Below, one piece after another: positions 49,675 to 60,662 of a stretch of 64,000 nucleotides of DNA. Numbering within the stretch: the first letter of the stretch is position 1; each line of letters opens with the position of its first letter. The DNA is taken from the IMG/VR virus record IMGVR_UViG_3300025131_000005, one strand, 5' to 3'. The notes beneath the pieces are model-generated. The model searched no databases. It had not been told where the DNA came from and worked only from the letters and a program-made list of their open reading frames with translations. The stretch is from a virus. Made by a program: the position numbers and the translations under genes.

Positions 49675-52600
49675 AAACTTTAAATACCGGCGCAGCTCTG
49701 AATTCATTTCTACTTCCAAACCCAATAATAACCAAAGTTACTATCGATAGTGACAATAGCAATTTTAAATATAGTGTCGATGTAGAAATTCAAGGAACCC
49801 TGACCGGTTCAACGAAGATAAAACAATCAAATTTTAATATTGCTATTATGATGTTCGACATCAGAAAGAATGAAAAAGAATTGCTTAATATGCTTAATGC
49901 TTTTCAAGCAGTTAATTTTCGTCCTATAGCTAGTGATTTAATTTTGCAAACTGACCCAAGTGGTCCGGATTCAGTAATACAAATTTTTTCCTTCAATGAA
50001 CTATTGGGTAAGACCGAAGTGAGAGTCGTGACTCCCCAAAATGGTCCAAAAATATGGACACTCAAGGTACCTTCTATTGAATTTATTAGCACCAAGGAGA
50101 AGCCCCATTCTGTTTCTTTTTTAGCCATGGCCTACAAAAATATTACAGAAAATACACAATTGGAACGTAGACAGTATACCAACTCAACGATAAAATTAAT
50201 AAACGCTGGTAGCTCGAAGAGAAAATTAAATATTGCAAATTATGTGGATCCAAAGAACCCAGAAAAATGCTTATTATATGATTATTATTCTTATGATTTT
50301 GCAATTGCATATAGTAGAGGAAAAGCCATTTTAAATGGAAGTTTGTGGGCGCTCCCAGATGGGAGTATTTGGACTGGCGCTACACACTGGATGCCGGGTG
50401 ATATATATATGCCAGGACGCTACCACGGAGATTCTAGAATCCTACCCGAAAACCGGGATGTATCATTGAGAGAAATTTCGATACCCTACGGTAAAATACA
50501 AGATAATACGAAAACCTATGCAGATAATTGGAAATATTTTGGTGACGTATACGCCTTTCAAGAAGAAATAGGCTTGTTGCAAGAAGCGATTAATAATAAA
50601 AGAAGTAGCTCTGTATTAAAAATATCGGCGTCCCCCACTGCTCCTATCTGTTCAGACTTCACGACAATGGATGACCAATTTAATTTTAATACTTTATTGA
50701 TATTAGATATAATGAATCTTCTGAAAACCTATTCTTCGCTTTCCGACGCGGTAAGAAATCTTAGTGAAGGTCCCACATCAGCAATTGCCGAGATCTTTGC
50801 CCTTACCAAATTTGAATCTATAGAAGTTACTCGTCATAAAATTTTGAATAATAATTGGTTGTCCAACCCTCTCACACCCGAACTCACTACTGAACCTGGC
50901 GAAATACCTTATATTTTAACCAATGATGCCGCCAATGCGGTTGGCGAGGTACCACTAGAAAGTATTTTTACTCTTTATCCTGAGAATTTAAAAGAAATTA
51001 AAAATTTTTCATTCCAGAAAAATACCGAAAGTACTCTGTTGAAGATCATTTCTTTCAAAGAAGAAATTTCAGCAGACAAGACATATAATTCAAAATATCG
51101 TTATAGTGTAAAAGTAAGAGTGAGAGATGGTGCTGTGTTATATGGAAGAAAACTTGTTTTTAATTTTATGGAGAAATATTCTATTTTCACCAATTGGACT
51201 CATTCTGCGAAGGGAAGATCTACTTTTTCCTCGAAGAAGAATTTTGATAATTCAATTTTGGAACCCCTCTTGGAAGCCATGATTAAAGCTTTGGTATTTT
51301 TCTCTTCGAAACCTTTGAATTATAGTGCTATAAAGGCTTCTCTTTTTATGAGAACTAGTTCTACTACCGGAAATCTGCAAGGAATTGAATTTCTAAAAAA
51401 GACCGCCGACGATCTCTTATCATCTTTGAGACGTATGACGGATTTGAATTTAACTACCAAACAAGTAATGCAATATAAGGTAAATGAAGATGGCGCTATA
51501 GTCCTTAAAAAAGTTACCCCTGCTGATGGAAGAGATTTTGTGGAGAAGCAAACTATTTTTCATGATGCTTCTGGTCCAATGCAAACTACTATTATTCAGT
51601 TTTCACAAAATTTAGAATCAGAGATTACAAATCCTCATGGCGGTGGTTATGGATATATTGATGCTAGCAGACCTTCACCGGGTAGTTTTAAAATGATAAG
51701 CGAACCAGATTTTTCTTTGCGCTGCAGCAGGGAAGTTGGAAAGTTTTTTGATTTGAATTCATTGAAAGACATCCCCGATACTTCGATTGCCATAAAGAAA
51801 AATCAAACTAGATATTGGACCCCCATGTCGGTCAATCTAGGTGGCAAAAGGGGTGTGTTACCATTTTCCATCGATGATGATACAAAAGAATACCAATATC
51901 GGACTTTGCTCGATGTATTGTATTTCCAGCAGGTACGTGAAACCACTGATAATATAAACATCCAGAATATGAGAATGGTAGACAACCTAACTTCTATCAC
52001 TGTGGAAGATAATACTATTTTAACACAGACAACTAAGGAACCATTGGTTGATGTGGGTTCTCTTGAGGAGCGATCTTGCCCACCGCAAGAAAAGCCATGG
52101 AACACCTTGGAGATCGAACAGGGCGCTCAAATGGATAGAATAACTTCTCTGGATGATTATAAAGCATCACTAGCTCAAAATAATAATATGTCTAATAGTT
52201 CTATAATTAGAGGTATTTTGAATAGTAAAGTACTTGGGAAAAAAACACCTTTACCCGCTATATTTTCTTCAGCAAGAAACGCTTCTCAACGACAGAGATT
52301 AACATATGGTAGAAACACACCGCTTCAAATAATAAATGCATTGTTGGCTTTTGATACAAATTTAGCTTCTAGTTCGACTAAGAAAGGTACAAACAATACG
52401 GCACTTATTAAAGCAATGAGAAAAAATGATTTTAATTTGAGGAATTGGAATGTTCAACAATTGAGTGATTATGGTATCTATTATTTTAATTATGATAATA
52501 TGGTAGAAGTACAGTTTTTAGCTAAATATAGTTCCTTAAATGGAGATGAGTGGTTACCATTACGAAATGAAGCATATGAGAATCTTATGGCAGCCGGCAG

Positions 52601-53027
52601 CGCTTTATTTTGTCGTCTTGTACGCAGATACGATTCGAAGATTAACCAAATACGCAATGAATATATTGATTTACCTATTATTGATAAATATTTCATAATT
52701 CAGCCTTCCAATTCAGTTAATAGAATTTTACCACCTGGGTTTATGAATACAAAATCTCCGTCCCAGAAAAAACTTTATAAAATAACGGATATAACTCAAA
52801 AATATTCGCAAGATTTTTATAAATTCATCAAGCCTAGTGTCGAAAAAATTATGGGCCCGCCCCCCAAAACTAATTTTACTATGAAAAAAACAAAATATGC
52901 ATTAAATGTCTTTATAGAAAAAAATCCAAATAGGTTAATAATAGCAAATAAAAAAACCTCTTTAAAAACTAAAGCTTCTGCACAAAAAACTTCCTCTCCA
53001 ACGACCAAGATGCCAGGAGGATATTAG
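49671..53027 (+). CDS. Large hypothetical (probable virion) protein
   Basis: Long ORF; GGAGG at 49659-49663 favours the TTG at 49671, overlapping the upstream TGA. Confidence 0.6.
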   Translation: MKTLNTGAALNSFLLPNPIITKVTIDSDNSNFKYSVDVEIQGTLTGSTKIKQSNFNIAIMMFDIRKNEKELLNMLNAFQAVNFRPIASDLILQTDPSGPDSVIQIFSFNELLGKTEVRVVTPQNGPKIWTLKVPSIEFISTKEKPHSVSFLAMAYKNITENTQLERRQYTNSTIKLINAGSSKRKLNIANYVDPKNPEKCLLYDYYSYDFAIAYSRGKAILNGSLWALPDGSIWTGATHWMPGDIYMPGRYHGDSRILPENRDVSLREISIPYGKIQDNTKTYADNWKYFGDVYAFQEEIGLLQEAINNKRSSSVLKISASPTAPICSDFTTMDDQFNFNTLLILDIMNLLKTYSSLSDAVRNLSEGPTSAIAEIFALTKFESIEVTRHKILNNNWLSNPLTPELTTEPGEIPYILTNDAANAVGEVPLESIFTLYPENLKEIKNFSFQKNTESTLLKIISFKEEISADKTYNSKYRYSVKVRVRDGAVLYGRKLVFNFMEKYSIFTNWTHSAKGRSTFSSKKNFDNSILEPLLEAMIKALVFFSSKPLNYSAIKASLFMRTSSTTGNLQGIEFLKKTADDLLSSLRRMTDLNLTTKQVMQYKVNEDGAIVLKKVTPADGRDFVEKQTIFHDASGPMQTTIIQFSQNLESEITNPHGGGYGYIDASRPSPGSFKMISEPDFSLRCSREVGKFFDLNSLKDIPDTSIAIKKNQTRYWTPMSVNLGGKRGVLPFSIDDDTKEYQYRTLLDVLYFQQVRETTDNINIQNMRMVDNLTSITVEDNTILTQTTKEPLVDVGSLEERSCPPQEKPWNTLEIEQGAQMDRITSLDDYKASLAQNNNMSNSSIIRGILNSKVLGKKTPLPAIFSSARNASQRQRLTYGRNTPLQIINALLAFDTNLASSSTKKGTNNTALIKAMRKNDFNLRNWNVQQLSDYGIYYFNYDNMVEVQFLAKYSSLNGDEWLPLRNEAYENLMAAGSALFCRLVRRYDSKINQIRNEYIDLPIIDKYFIIQPSNSVNRILPPGFMNTKSPSQKKLYKITDITQKYSQDFYKFIKPSVEKIMGPPPKTNFTMKKTKYALNVFIEKNPNRLIIANKKTSLKTKASAQKTSSPTTKMPGGY

Positions 53028-53032
53028 AAATT

Positions 53033-56000
53033 ATGCCATTAGATTTTATAGACACAGGCACTCAAAAAGGCGATGCAACATCTTCAAAAGGTGCCGGTAC
53101 CGCGTCGTCCGAAGAAGATATTTATGGACTCGACGAGATTTCCTTGGGATCAACGTTTGAGCAAACATCTACATCATCTACAAAATATGTGGATTTGTAT
53201 ACGACTCAGTATATTCCCTATCTTCTGAGTACTATAGCGGTCGATCTGCTCCAACCAAATTCCCCACACAATGATTATTGGGATAAATTATATAATAATG
53301 TTTCGATAGGTCAGGCATATGCCAGCTGGTATGATGCAAGTGGTACATTCGGCGGCTCGACGGACTCCGCAGGATATATATTTTCTATTCCTAATTTCCA
53401 AACCGGTGTCAATAACAAAGAGTTTATGAAAAGTCTTTTTTATGGAGGTTTTGATTTATTTAGATATCATCTTGGATTCTATCTTTTTGATCCCTACACT
53501 ATAAATTTCAAAAGTCTGATACCCTCAACTGCGACCACACAACCGGAATATGTAGATGTTATAAATATTTGGAACAACCCAGTCTTTGGCGACGGCGTTG
53601 GCGAAAATATTTGGCTTAATGATAAGTATAGTTTTGCTTCAAGTATGGACCCGGTACCCCTGGCAGATAATATATGGGTGCAACCTCCCTTTAAAATGGT
53701 GCCCAAGATGGGTACTCTTCAGCCGGAAGGTAATGATGGCTGGGTTCAAACTTTTCGCTTATTTTTTAGTGAAGATTTGTTAAGTGAACTTTTTCAGTGG
53801 AATTACCCAACGGTGAAAGACCTCAATGACAACGTTTCATCCACAGGCGATGTGCCAAGCCCAGCTGGCTTTGGATCTTCAGATGTATTTCCTTATTATG
53901 ATTCTTTGCTTATAAGTCACTGCAAGGGTTATTTTACTGAAAATCAATTAAATGGGTGGTCTTACAAAGGTGACCAACCCCACGAGGAAGCAGAAGAACT
54001 TGGTATTCCATATATGGTCGGTGATCCAGATGCATTTCGAAATTGGGTTTTAAATTATTTATTCAATAATGAGGTTGTAGGTAGTTATCACCCTGGACTT
54101 AAAGAAGAAATAGGATACGCGGGTATTGCCGCGTATCAGATAGAGGGTCCAGATTTCTTTACGGGGAAGTGTGGAGCCCCAACCGGGTTCGCACCGGAAG
54201 AGTTCGAGAATTACTCTGTTGGAAGTGGCGTCAATTGGCCAATAGATTATGACATAGCAATCGTCCCCAACCTAGCTCCGAATACCGATGCTTTTACTCA
54301 ATTTACGCCACAAAAGTTGGGTTTTAATTTAGATACAGTAAATAATCCCACAAATGATCCTTATAAAGTTTCTTATGTAGATCATTATTTCAGTCCCTTA
54401 GATGTTATATTAGATACTACTTCTGAAGATGCTATCGAGACGCAAGCAATTTATAATATTTCTACGACTACGAATAAGAATATTGGGGGCATGCCTGTTT
54501 TAAACGATTGGACTGCTATGATTCTTGGCATATATGGTAAATATACAACTAGCCCAAATACTGATATTCCATTTGAACTATATATGCCTAATTTTCACTT
54601 TATAGTAGAGGAGTCATCGACACCCTACTTGCCAGACTCAGTTATTCAATATAGGAAAATTGAATTTATACACTCAACATTGGATAACAATATAGACAAT
54701 TTATTAAGATCCACCATGGGGTCGACACTTCCATCTCCTATTGCTGACGATAATGCTCCCAGCGGGCTTAACACATATTTCGAACAATGGGCGAATACTT
54801 TTAATGGTGATTTTGATAATGTTATTGGTGATGCTGAATTGGCCATGGCAGCCAAGAAGAATAAAGTAATTACTTTATCTCCAGAGGCTTTAAGAAATAA
54901 ATCTGATATTAATGAACTTAAGGAATATTTTCCGAATTATGTACAAATCAATATCACCACCCCAGTAGGAAATTATAAGAGTGAGTTTTCAAATTTACTT
55001 CAAGATACCCATTATACAGAAGCATTTGTGATTAATTCTCATAAGAAAATCAACGCGAACTCTACGTGGGGCGGACAGAGCGTCACCGCTAATAAATCTG
55101 CGTTTGAGAATTATAGTGATGGCGATTCCTTCAATACTACGCCAAATAACTGGGACTCCACCACTCCTGTAATTTCCCTACCTTTTACTCAATATATAAA
55201 CGAAAAAATTCAAGTCCAGGCTTATCAAGATTTTTGGATGGTCATGTATAATGTTGATTATTTTAATGCAGATCTTCCCGATGCTCATCCTAGCTTAGAT
55301 CTATCTACTTACATATATTCAGTTAGTGGTGGCGAAGCAATGCTATATCTATACTCAACGGGCGATTCTGAAGCCTATCAATCAGGATTGTCTGGATTAA
55401 ATGCATTGAAGATGAGGAATTTTACTGACATAGTGCATGGAAATATGTGTTACTCTGAGATAGTTTATTATGAAATTAAGAAATTTAAGACAGTCAGTGG
55501 TCAGAAAATTCATCTACAAAATTTTCTTCTTCCAATAACAACAGATCCCGATGCTTCTTCGCCTTCTACACAGAATGAAATTAATTTTATCGATACACAA
55601 GTATTACCAGGACATACATATGTTTATGAAATTTTTGCATATCAATTTGTGCTAGGTAATAGATATTATTATGAAATCTCAGATATAAATTTTGATTGGA
55701 GCGACAAGCATCAACTCTATGATAAAAATGCCGACAAGACGATTGGTGGAGTGGAAGGTGATACTGAAGGCGGGGGAGTTTGTACTGATGAGATGGATGA
55801 AGGGTGTGAAGCCCGCCCCGGCGCTACTGGAACTCAAAGAGGAATCACGTCTCCAACGGGTGAGGCGAAGGAAGACTGGGTTTATTATACCAAAGGCAAT
55901 GCAGAGATTCGACTGGATGTACATTTAATTCCTTCCCAGAAATTAGCAAGAATTCCGGTTAGACTTGGGTCCGCTGTGGGAGGCGCTGCCCCCACAGGCG

Positions 56001-57241
56001 ACGACACCCCGCCGCCACCCTCCCCCGATCCCGAAATCGCTGAAGAGCTTCCGCAAGAGCCTCCACCACCGCCAGCTGCAGAACACGCCGTAACCATTAT
56101 TGATGCTCCTCCAGTTACTCCTGGTGTAAATATTGTTCCTTATCGGGCTGTACCAAATAAATTATATATTGCTTTGCAAGCAGCTGCAGACGAATATTAC
56201 GATTGGCCACAAGGTGTGACTCGCAACGAACAAAATACTGTATATCAGGATGCTCAATATTCCCACGATGTAGATTCAACTGCATGGCTTATCGACCCCA
56301 ATAAGACTTCTTTGGCCCCCGCTAAAATTCTGTTTAAGAGTGAATATAACGATGTTACCCATTTTGAGATTTATAGGATTTCAGAAGAAGATATGCCATT
56401 TGGTCCACGTAATTATTTTGATTTTGGTAATCCTGCTTTAGCCAGAAAAGTTACTTTAGATCGTAGTTGTGAGACTATTCTTGTCGATGATGTTAAGCCA
56501 AATATTAACTATTATTATATCTTCAGAGCACTGGACGCACCTGTCTATTCACCAAGCAACGACGCGTCGTTGTTCCCAGCCGGTTCTTTCGCCGGGTACC
56601 ACCGTGGCTGGTCCAATCCCACTGATGTATACCGTGTTAAATTGATTAAAAGTAGAGATAATGTTTATCTAGACATGGAAGTCCAGCCAAAAGAATATTT
56701 CAAAACTCAACAACGGATAAAAGATCACATTCCCACAAAATCATTTAAAAAATACCTAATGATAAGACCAACGTTGGAACAAACCGTTGTGGATATCAAC
56801 ACTGCAACAAATGGGGGACTTGATTATTGGGATGATTCAACTGGCAATGCTGCTTATCATTCTATTAAAGATTTTTTACTGGGTACCCAAGGTGAAACTC
56901 CCCTCGATTATCCCGGCATTACTTATTTAAATACCATGTTGGGGATTAAAAAATCCTCCATGTGGACAACGCCCTATACTACTGAGGGAGCAGTATCTTA
57001 CGGAAGCCACGGTCGTTTTAGAATAAGAATCAAGTCCAAACATACCGGCAAAAAAGTAGATATTATATTGGGAGTCCAGAAGCCAGCATATGTTGATAAT
57101 ACTAAAACGCTTGATCCAGCCGAATGCAAAAAAATCACCGGAGTTATGACCGACTATACTCCCGAAGCCTCTGCCACCGCGAAATTATTACAAGCCACGC
57201 CGAAGATATTTGTTCCGGTACCGGGGGACTCAAACGATTGA
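53033..57241 (+). CDS. Large acidic virion protein with FN3/Ig-like segments and a Pro-rich linker
   Basis: FIDTQVLPGHTYVYEIFAY and VDDVKPNINYYYIFRALD...WSNP resemble FN3 strands; TPPPPSPDP...EPPPPPAAE linker. Confidence 0.5.
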   Translation: MPLDFIDTGTQKGDATSSKGAGTASSEEDIYGLDEISLGSTFEQTSTSSTKYVDLYTTQYIPYLLSTIAVDLLQPNSPHNDYWDKLYNNVSIGQAYASWYDASGTFGGSTDSAGYIFSIPNFQTGVNNKEFMKSLFYGGFDLFRYHLGFYLFDPYTINFKSLIPSTATTQPEYVDVINIWNNPVFGDGVGENIWLNDKYSFASSMDPVPLADNIWVQPPFKMVPKMGTLQPEGNDGWVQTFRLFFSEDLLSELFQWNYPTVKDLNDNVSSTGDVPSPAGFGSSDVFPYYDSLLISHCKGYFTENQLNGWSYKGDQPHEEAEELGIPYMVGDPDAFRNWVLNYLFNNEVVGSYHPGLKEEIGYAGIAAYQIEGPDFFTGKCGAPTGFAPEEFENYSVGSGVNWPIDYDIAIVPNLAPNTDAFTQFTPQKLGFNLDTVNNPTNDPYKVSYVDHYFSPLDVILDTTSEDAIETQAIYNISTTTNKNIGGMPVLNDWTAMILGIYGKYTTSPNTDIPFELYMPNFHFIVEESSTPYLPDSVIQYRKIEFIHSTLDNNIDNLLRSTMGSTLPSPIADDNAPSGLNTYFEQWANTFNGDFDNVIGDAELAMAAKKNKVITLSPEALRNKSDINELKEYFPNYVQINITTPVGNYKSEFSNLLQDTHYTEAFVINSHKKINANSTWGGQSVTANKSAFENYSDGDSFNTTPNNWDSTTPVISLPFTQYINEKIQVQAYQDFWMVMYNVDYFNADLPDAHPSLDLSTYIYSVSGGEAMLYLYSTGDSEAYQSGLSGLNALKMRNFTDIVHGNMCYSEIVYYEIKKFKTVSGQKIHLQNFLLPITTDPDASSPSTQNEINFIDTQVLPGHTYVYEIFAYQFVLGNRYYYEISDINFDWSDKHQLYDKNADKTIGGVEGDTEGGGVCTDEMDEGCEARPGATGTQRGITSPTGEAKEDWVYYTKGNAEIRLDVHLIPSQKLARIPVRLGSAVGGAAPTGDDTPPPPSPDPEIAEELPQEPPPPPAAEHAVTIIDAPPVTPGVNIVPYRAVPNKLYIALQAAADEYYDWPQGVTRNEQNTVYQDAQYSHDVDSTAWLIDPNKTSLAPAKILFKSEYNDVTHFEIYRISEEDMPFGPRNYFDFGNPALARKVTLDRSCETILVDDVKPNINYYYIFRALDAPVYSPSNDASLFPAGSFAGYHRGWSNPTDVYRVKLIKSRDNVYLDMEVQPKEYFKTQQRIKDHIPTKSFKKYLMIRPTLEQTVVDINTATNGGLDYWDDSTGNAAYHSIKDFLLGTQGETPLDYPGITYLNTMLGIKKSSMWTTPYTTEGAVSYGSHGRFRIRIKSKHTGKKVDIILGVQKPAYVDNTKTLDPAECKKITGVMTDYTPEASATAKLLQATPKIFVPVPGDSND

Positions 57242-57292
57242 CCGACAAATTTTTTACATCCAACATACCAAACAAAACAAATGTAACTTGTA

Positions 57293-57318
57293 ACTATTTA
57301 AATAGTAAACACTATTTA
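57293..57318 (+). promoter_or_regulatory. Tandem ACTATTTA motifs; the first is part of a perfect 14-bp palindrome
   Basis: ACTATTTAAATAGT (57293-57306) is self-complementary; second ACTATTTA at 57311-57318; intergenic. Confidence 0.5.
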
Positions 57319-57349
57319 TATTAAAATCTGTACATAATGGAGTACTCAA

Positions 57350-58342
57350 ATGGGTTTTTTAGATAATTCCGGCGATATAATTTTAGACGCCGTTCTGACT
57401 GATTTAGGACGCGAAAGGATGGCAAGAGGTGACGGTTCTTTTAGGATTGCAAAGTTCACTGTAGGCGACGATGAAATTGATTATGGCAAATATGATCTTA
57501 GTAAAGTAACCTCTCTAAGAGATATAGATATTCTCAAGACACCTGTTCTGGAAGCTTTTACTGATAACGGTGCACAAATTAGATCCAAATTAGTTACGAT
57601 TGCTAGAAATGATCTTCTATTTTTACCAATTTTAAAATTAGTTAATGGTACTGTTAATAGCAAATTGGTTACTTCGACAAGTGCCGTTTTGAGTACCGAT
57701 AATGTAATATATGTAACTGCTGATTTAGATACCTCAAAAACATTAGCAGCAGCTTCTGCAACAAATACTAGTGTTCGTCAGCTTTACATCCGTCCCGGCG
57801 TTATACGCGGTGATGGTACTACTGATGCTCCTAAAAATACCTCGATGATTGTCATTGATCAAGGGTTGGATACGATTAAAATTCCACAAAGTACTCCATT
57901 GGATGCTGATTTAACAGAAACTCAATACCTTATCCAATTAGATGATAGGTTAGGACAACTTCAGACAGCTCCGTCTAAGACTACCCAAACACTAGCACCG
58001 GTAAATTTTGTTGATGATGATAGAATTGCAAATTATTATGTTCATGGTTCGCAATATGTGACGAAGATTGCTCCTGCTTCTACTCAAAATCCAACAGCAA
58101 CAAAGTCTGCTATTTTGGGTCCTCTTGGCACACGCCTAATGTTTGCAATTCGAGCATCAACTAATATAGCAACCTCCACTACACTTTTTGATAAATTAGG
58201 TAGTACAAAAACTGATTTATCATTAAGCGGCGAGGACTATAGCGCGTTTACATTCAAGATTATTGATTCAATTGCTAGGGTAACAGGCGTTACAACTGGG
58301 TATCGCTTGGATATACCCATTAGATATATCAAGAAAGTTTAA
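57350..58342 (+). CDS. Structural protein with tail-collar/fibre-attachment-like N-terminus
   Basis: LTDLGRERMA...FTVGDD resembles the LT..G...a...it.favGD start of DUF3751-type tail-collar domains; GGAG RBS. Confidence 0.5.
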   Translation: MGFLDNSGDIILDAVLTDLGRERMARGDGSFRIAKFTVGDDEIDYGKYDLSKVTSLRDIDILKTPVLEAFTDNGAQIRSKLVTIARNDLLFLPILKLVNGTVNSKLVTSTSAVLSTDNVIYVTADLDTSKTLAAASATNTSVRQLYIRPGVIRGDGTTDAPKNTSMIVIDQGLDTIKIPQSTPLDADLTETQYLIQLDDRLGQLQTAPSKTTQTLAPVNFVDDDRIANYYVHGSQYVTKIAPASTQNPTATKSAILGPLGTRLMFAIRASTNIATSTTLFDKLGSTKTDLSLSGEDYSAFTFKIIDSIARVTGVTTGYRLDIPIRYIKKV

Positions 58343-58356
58343 AATAGGATTATAAA

Positions 58357-59427
58357 ATGGCAAAAGATTTTTTTAAAGCACTTCTTCCCGGAGATAAAAC
58401 AACCGTCAGATCGCTTCTATATGAATCGATTCCAATTACCGGTTCATTAGTTTCAGGAACTTATTCTTCTGGTGATAATATTAAGAATTATTCTCATGGA
58501 ATGTTTCAATCTGTGTACGATTATCCTTATTTGAGTTCATCAGCCAATCATATATTTGATTTAACTGCTGGTTATCATTCAACTTCTAGCTTATCGGGCT
58601 CAACCCCACAAAACAATACAGATAGAAAAAACAAAATTAACATGTATAATCAAATGGCACAGGTCTTGATGGGCTATGATGTAAACAGCAATATTGAAAG
58701 ATTTGATAGCGATGGAATTTTGGTAGATTCTGCTAACAAAATGAATGAGGTTATTTTTGTTAATTTTGCTAGATTATTGACCAAGGATGAAATTAAAAAA
58801 GGATCTGTTAATATTGAATTAGGTGTTACTGGGGCATACGCTACTCCATTTCTTGATCGAATTAAGTTAACCGATAAATTGGGTTCCAATGGATATTTTG
58901 TTAATGGTGCGATTGGTCAATATGGTACCCTTTATTGTACAAATACCGCTGGGGAACCTTTGAGCGGATCTGATGGTGATGCAAAAGGTGGAGTGGTATT
59001 TTATCAAGCAGGTATTGCAGCAATTACGGCTTCTGTATTTGGTTCACTTCTCTCCTCTAGCGCAGAGATGAACTTTACTGGTTCAACTATCGATGCTATA
59101 TTGACCGGTTCGAGTACTCTCGCAATTTGTAATGAAATACGACACCGAATTTATAATATTCAATATACTAATACCACTGAACTAAACTCAACTGTTTATT
59201 TTTGTCGTCTTAACAATAATGAATTTAACTATAGTTCCAATCCTACTTATACATCTGCCAGCCAGATTGTCGTTAAAGATGTTGCAAATGATCTACCGGT
59301 TAGTTATATGACTACAGTTGGTTTGTATTCGGCAAAGAATGAACTTTTAGCCGTTGCTAAAGTTTCCGAACCTTTGAAGAAGAGCCCTGATACAGAGTTA
59401 ACTTTAAGAGTACGATTGGACTACTAG
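58357..59427 (+). CDS. Structural protein with tail-collar-like C-terminus
   Basis: C-terminal YMTTVGLYSAKNELLAVAKVSEPLKK...VRLDY. Confidence 0.55.
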   Translation: MAKDFFKALLPGDKTTVRSLLYESIPITGSLVSGTYSSGDNIKNYSHGMFQSVYDYPYLSSSANHIFDLTAGYHSTSSLSGSTPQNNTDRKNKINMYNQMAQVLMGYDVNSNIERFDSDGILVDSANKMNEVIFVNFARLLTKDEIKKGSVNIELGVTGAYATPFLDRIKLTDKLGSNGYFVNGAIGQYGTLYCTNTAGEPLSGSDGDAKGGVVFYQAGIAAITASVFGSLLSSSAEMNFTGSTIDAILTGSSTLAICNEIRHRIYNIQYTNTTELNSTVYFCRLNNNEFNYSSNPTYTSASQIVVKDVANDLPVSYMTTVGLYSAKNELLAVAKVSEPLKKSPDTELTLRVRLDY

Positions 59428-59437
59428 GTGTTATGGA

Positions 59438-60649
59438 ATGCCGTATTATAAATTTGGTAAAAATGATTTATTTCGAAACACCATAACCACTTATCCGGAA
59501 GTAAGTTTTTATATATATGGTACCAAAGTATATTATCAAAATCAAGATCAAACCTTAGTCAATTCCAATAATCCCACGGGATATGCTAATCTATATGAAT
59601 TGAATGTCAATCGGGCACCGGATAATTTAATTTATCCTTTTATGCTGAAAGATTCGACGTTGACTTCTTTTAAATATGATTATACTAGTGATACTCCCGT
59701 AGAGCAGCAATTTACGGATTATATGAAAGACGATTATGGTACGGAAATTAATGGTTCGTATCCCATGACAGCTAGCATTACTACCTCTTTTCCTGGATGG
59801 GGGTTGACAGATCAAGCTAATCTTACCGGCACTTTACAGCTCCAAGCACTTAAAAATATACTTAATGATAAAGTATATTTGACACCTCATTATGCTTATT
59901 CTGCATCTTATGGTGATTTTCATTGGGACAAAAACAACCAAAGCATGACGTTGCTGAATATTCCTTCGATATTTTATGGGTCTAAAATTAAAAAGGGGAC
60001 TGTTAAATTAGAATTTTTTGTATCAGGTTCATCGATAGGACAGTTAGTTGATAAAGATAGAGATGGTGCCCTATACCAAGTATCGGGTGCTCTTTCTACC
60101 AATGACGGTAAGGTCGGTGGTGTTGTGTTATATCCAGAAGGAATAATGTTGTTGACAGGCTCGTGGCCCCTCTCAGCACACGAAGAAGATTATATTGAAG
60201 ATGGTTCTCCAATTCCGACACAATGGGATGCTTTTGGCCGTTCAACAGATTCAACACCATCATCTTCTTATTCAATCAATTTTAGTGGTTCTCAAAATAC
60301 ATCTGTCATGACAATGATGTGCCACGCTCCAGCTGGTGAACTTAACTATAGTCACAATCCTACTTATATTGAGTTCAATACTAGTTCGTCCGCTGGTGTT
60401 GTGGATGCCAAACATCACCAATATGTAACGTCTTCCACACAATTTTATGAGGTTGAAAATAATAAAGTTAAAAATACCGTTTCTTCATCATTTCAGTGTT
60501 ATGGTGAACCTTTTAAGAAACAAACTTTTATAACAAAAATAGGCATCTATGATGATAATGATAATTTAATTGGAATTGCTAATCTTGCACGTCCCGTAAA
60601 GAAAACAGAGAATCGAGATTTAACTTTTAAACTTAAGCTTGATATATGA
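59438..60649 (+). CDS. Structural protein, paralogue of the 58357 gene
   Basis: Shared IKKG.V.. and C-terminal FITKIGIYDDNDNLIGIANLARPVKK...LKLDI. Confidence 0.55.
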   Translation: MPYYKFGKNDLFRNTITTYPEVSFYIYGTKVYYQNQDQTLVNSNNPTGYANLYELNVNRAPDNLIYPFMLKDSTLTSFKYDYTSDTPVEQQFTDYMKDDYGTEINGSYPMTASITTSFPGWGLTDQANLTGTLQLQALKNILNDKVYLTPHYAYSASYGDFHWDKNNQSMTLLNIPSIFYGSKIKKGTVKLEFFVSGSSIGQLVDKDRDGALYQVSGALSTNDGKVGGVVLYPEGIMLLTGSWPLSAHEEDYIEDGSPIPTQWDAFGRSTDSTPSSSYSINFSGSQNTSVMTMMCHAPAGELNYSHNPTYIEFNTSSSAGVVDAKHHQYVTSSTQFYEVENNKVKNTVSSSFQCYGEPFKKQTFITKIGIYDDNDNLIGIANLARPVKKTENRDLTFKLKLDI

Positions 60650-60662
60650 TAGAATATTTGTT

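Noticed and set aside
57214-57260. Intrinsic terminator after the 1402-aa gene
   Set aside because: Only weak pairing before the T-run; no convincing GC-rich stem.
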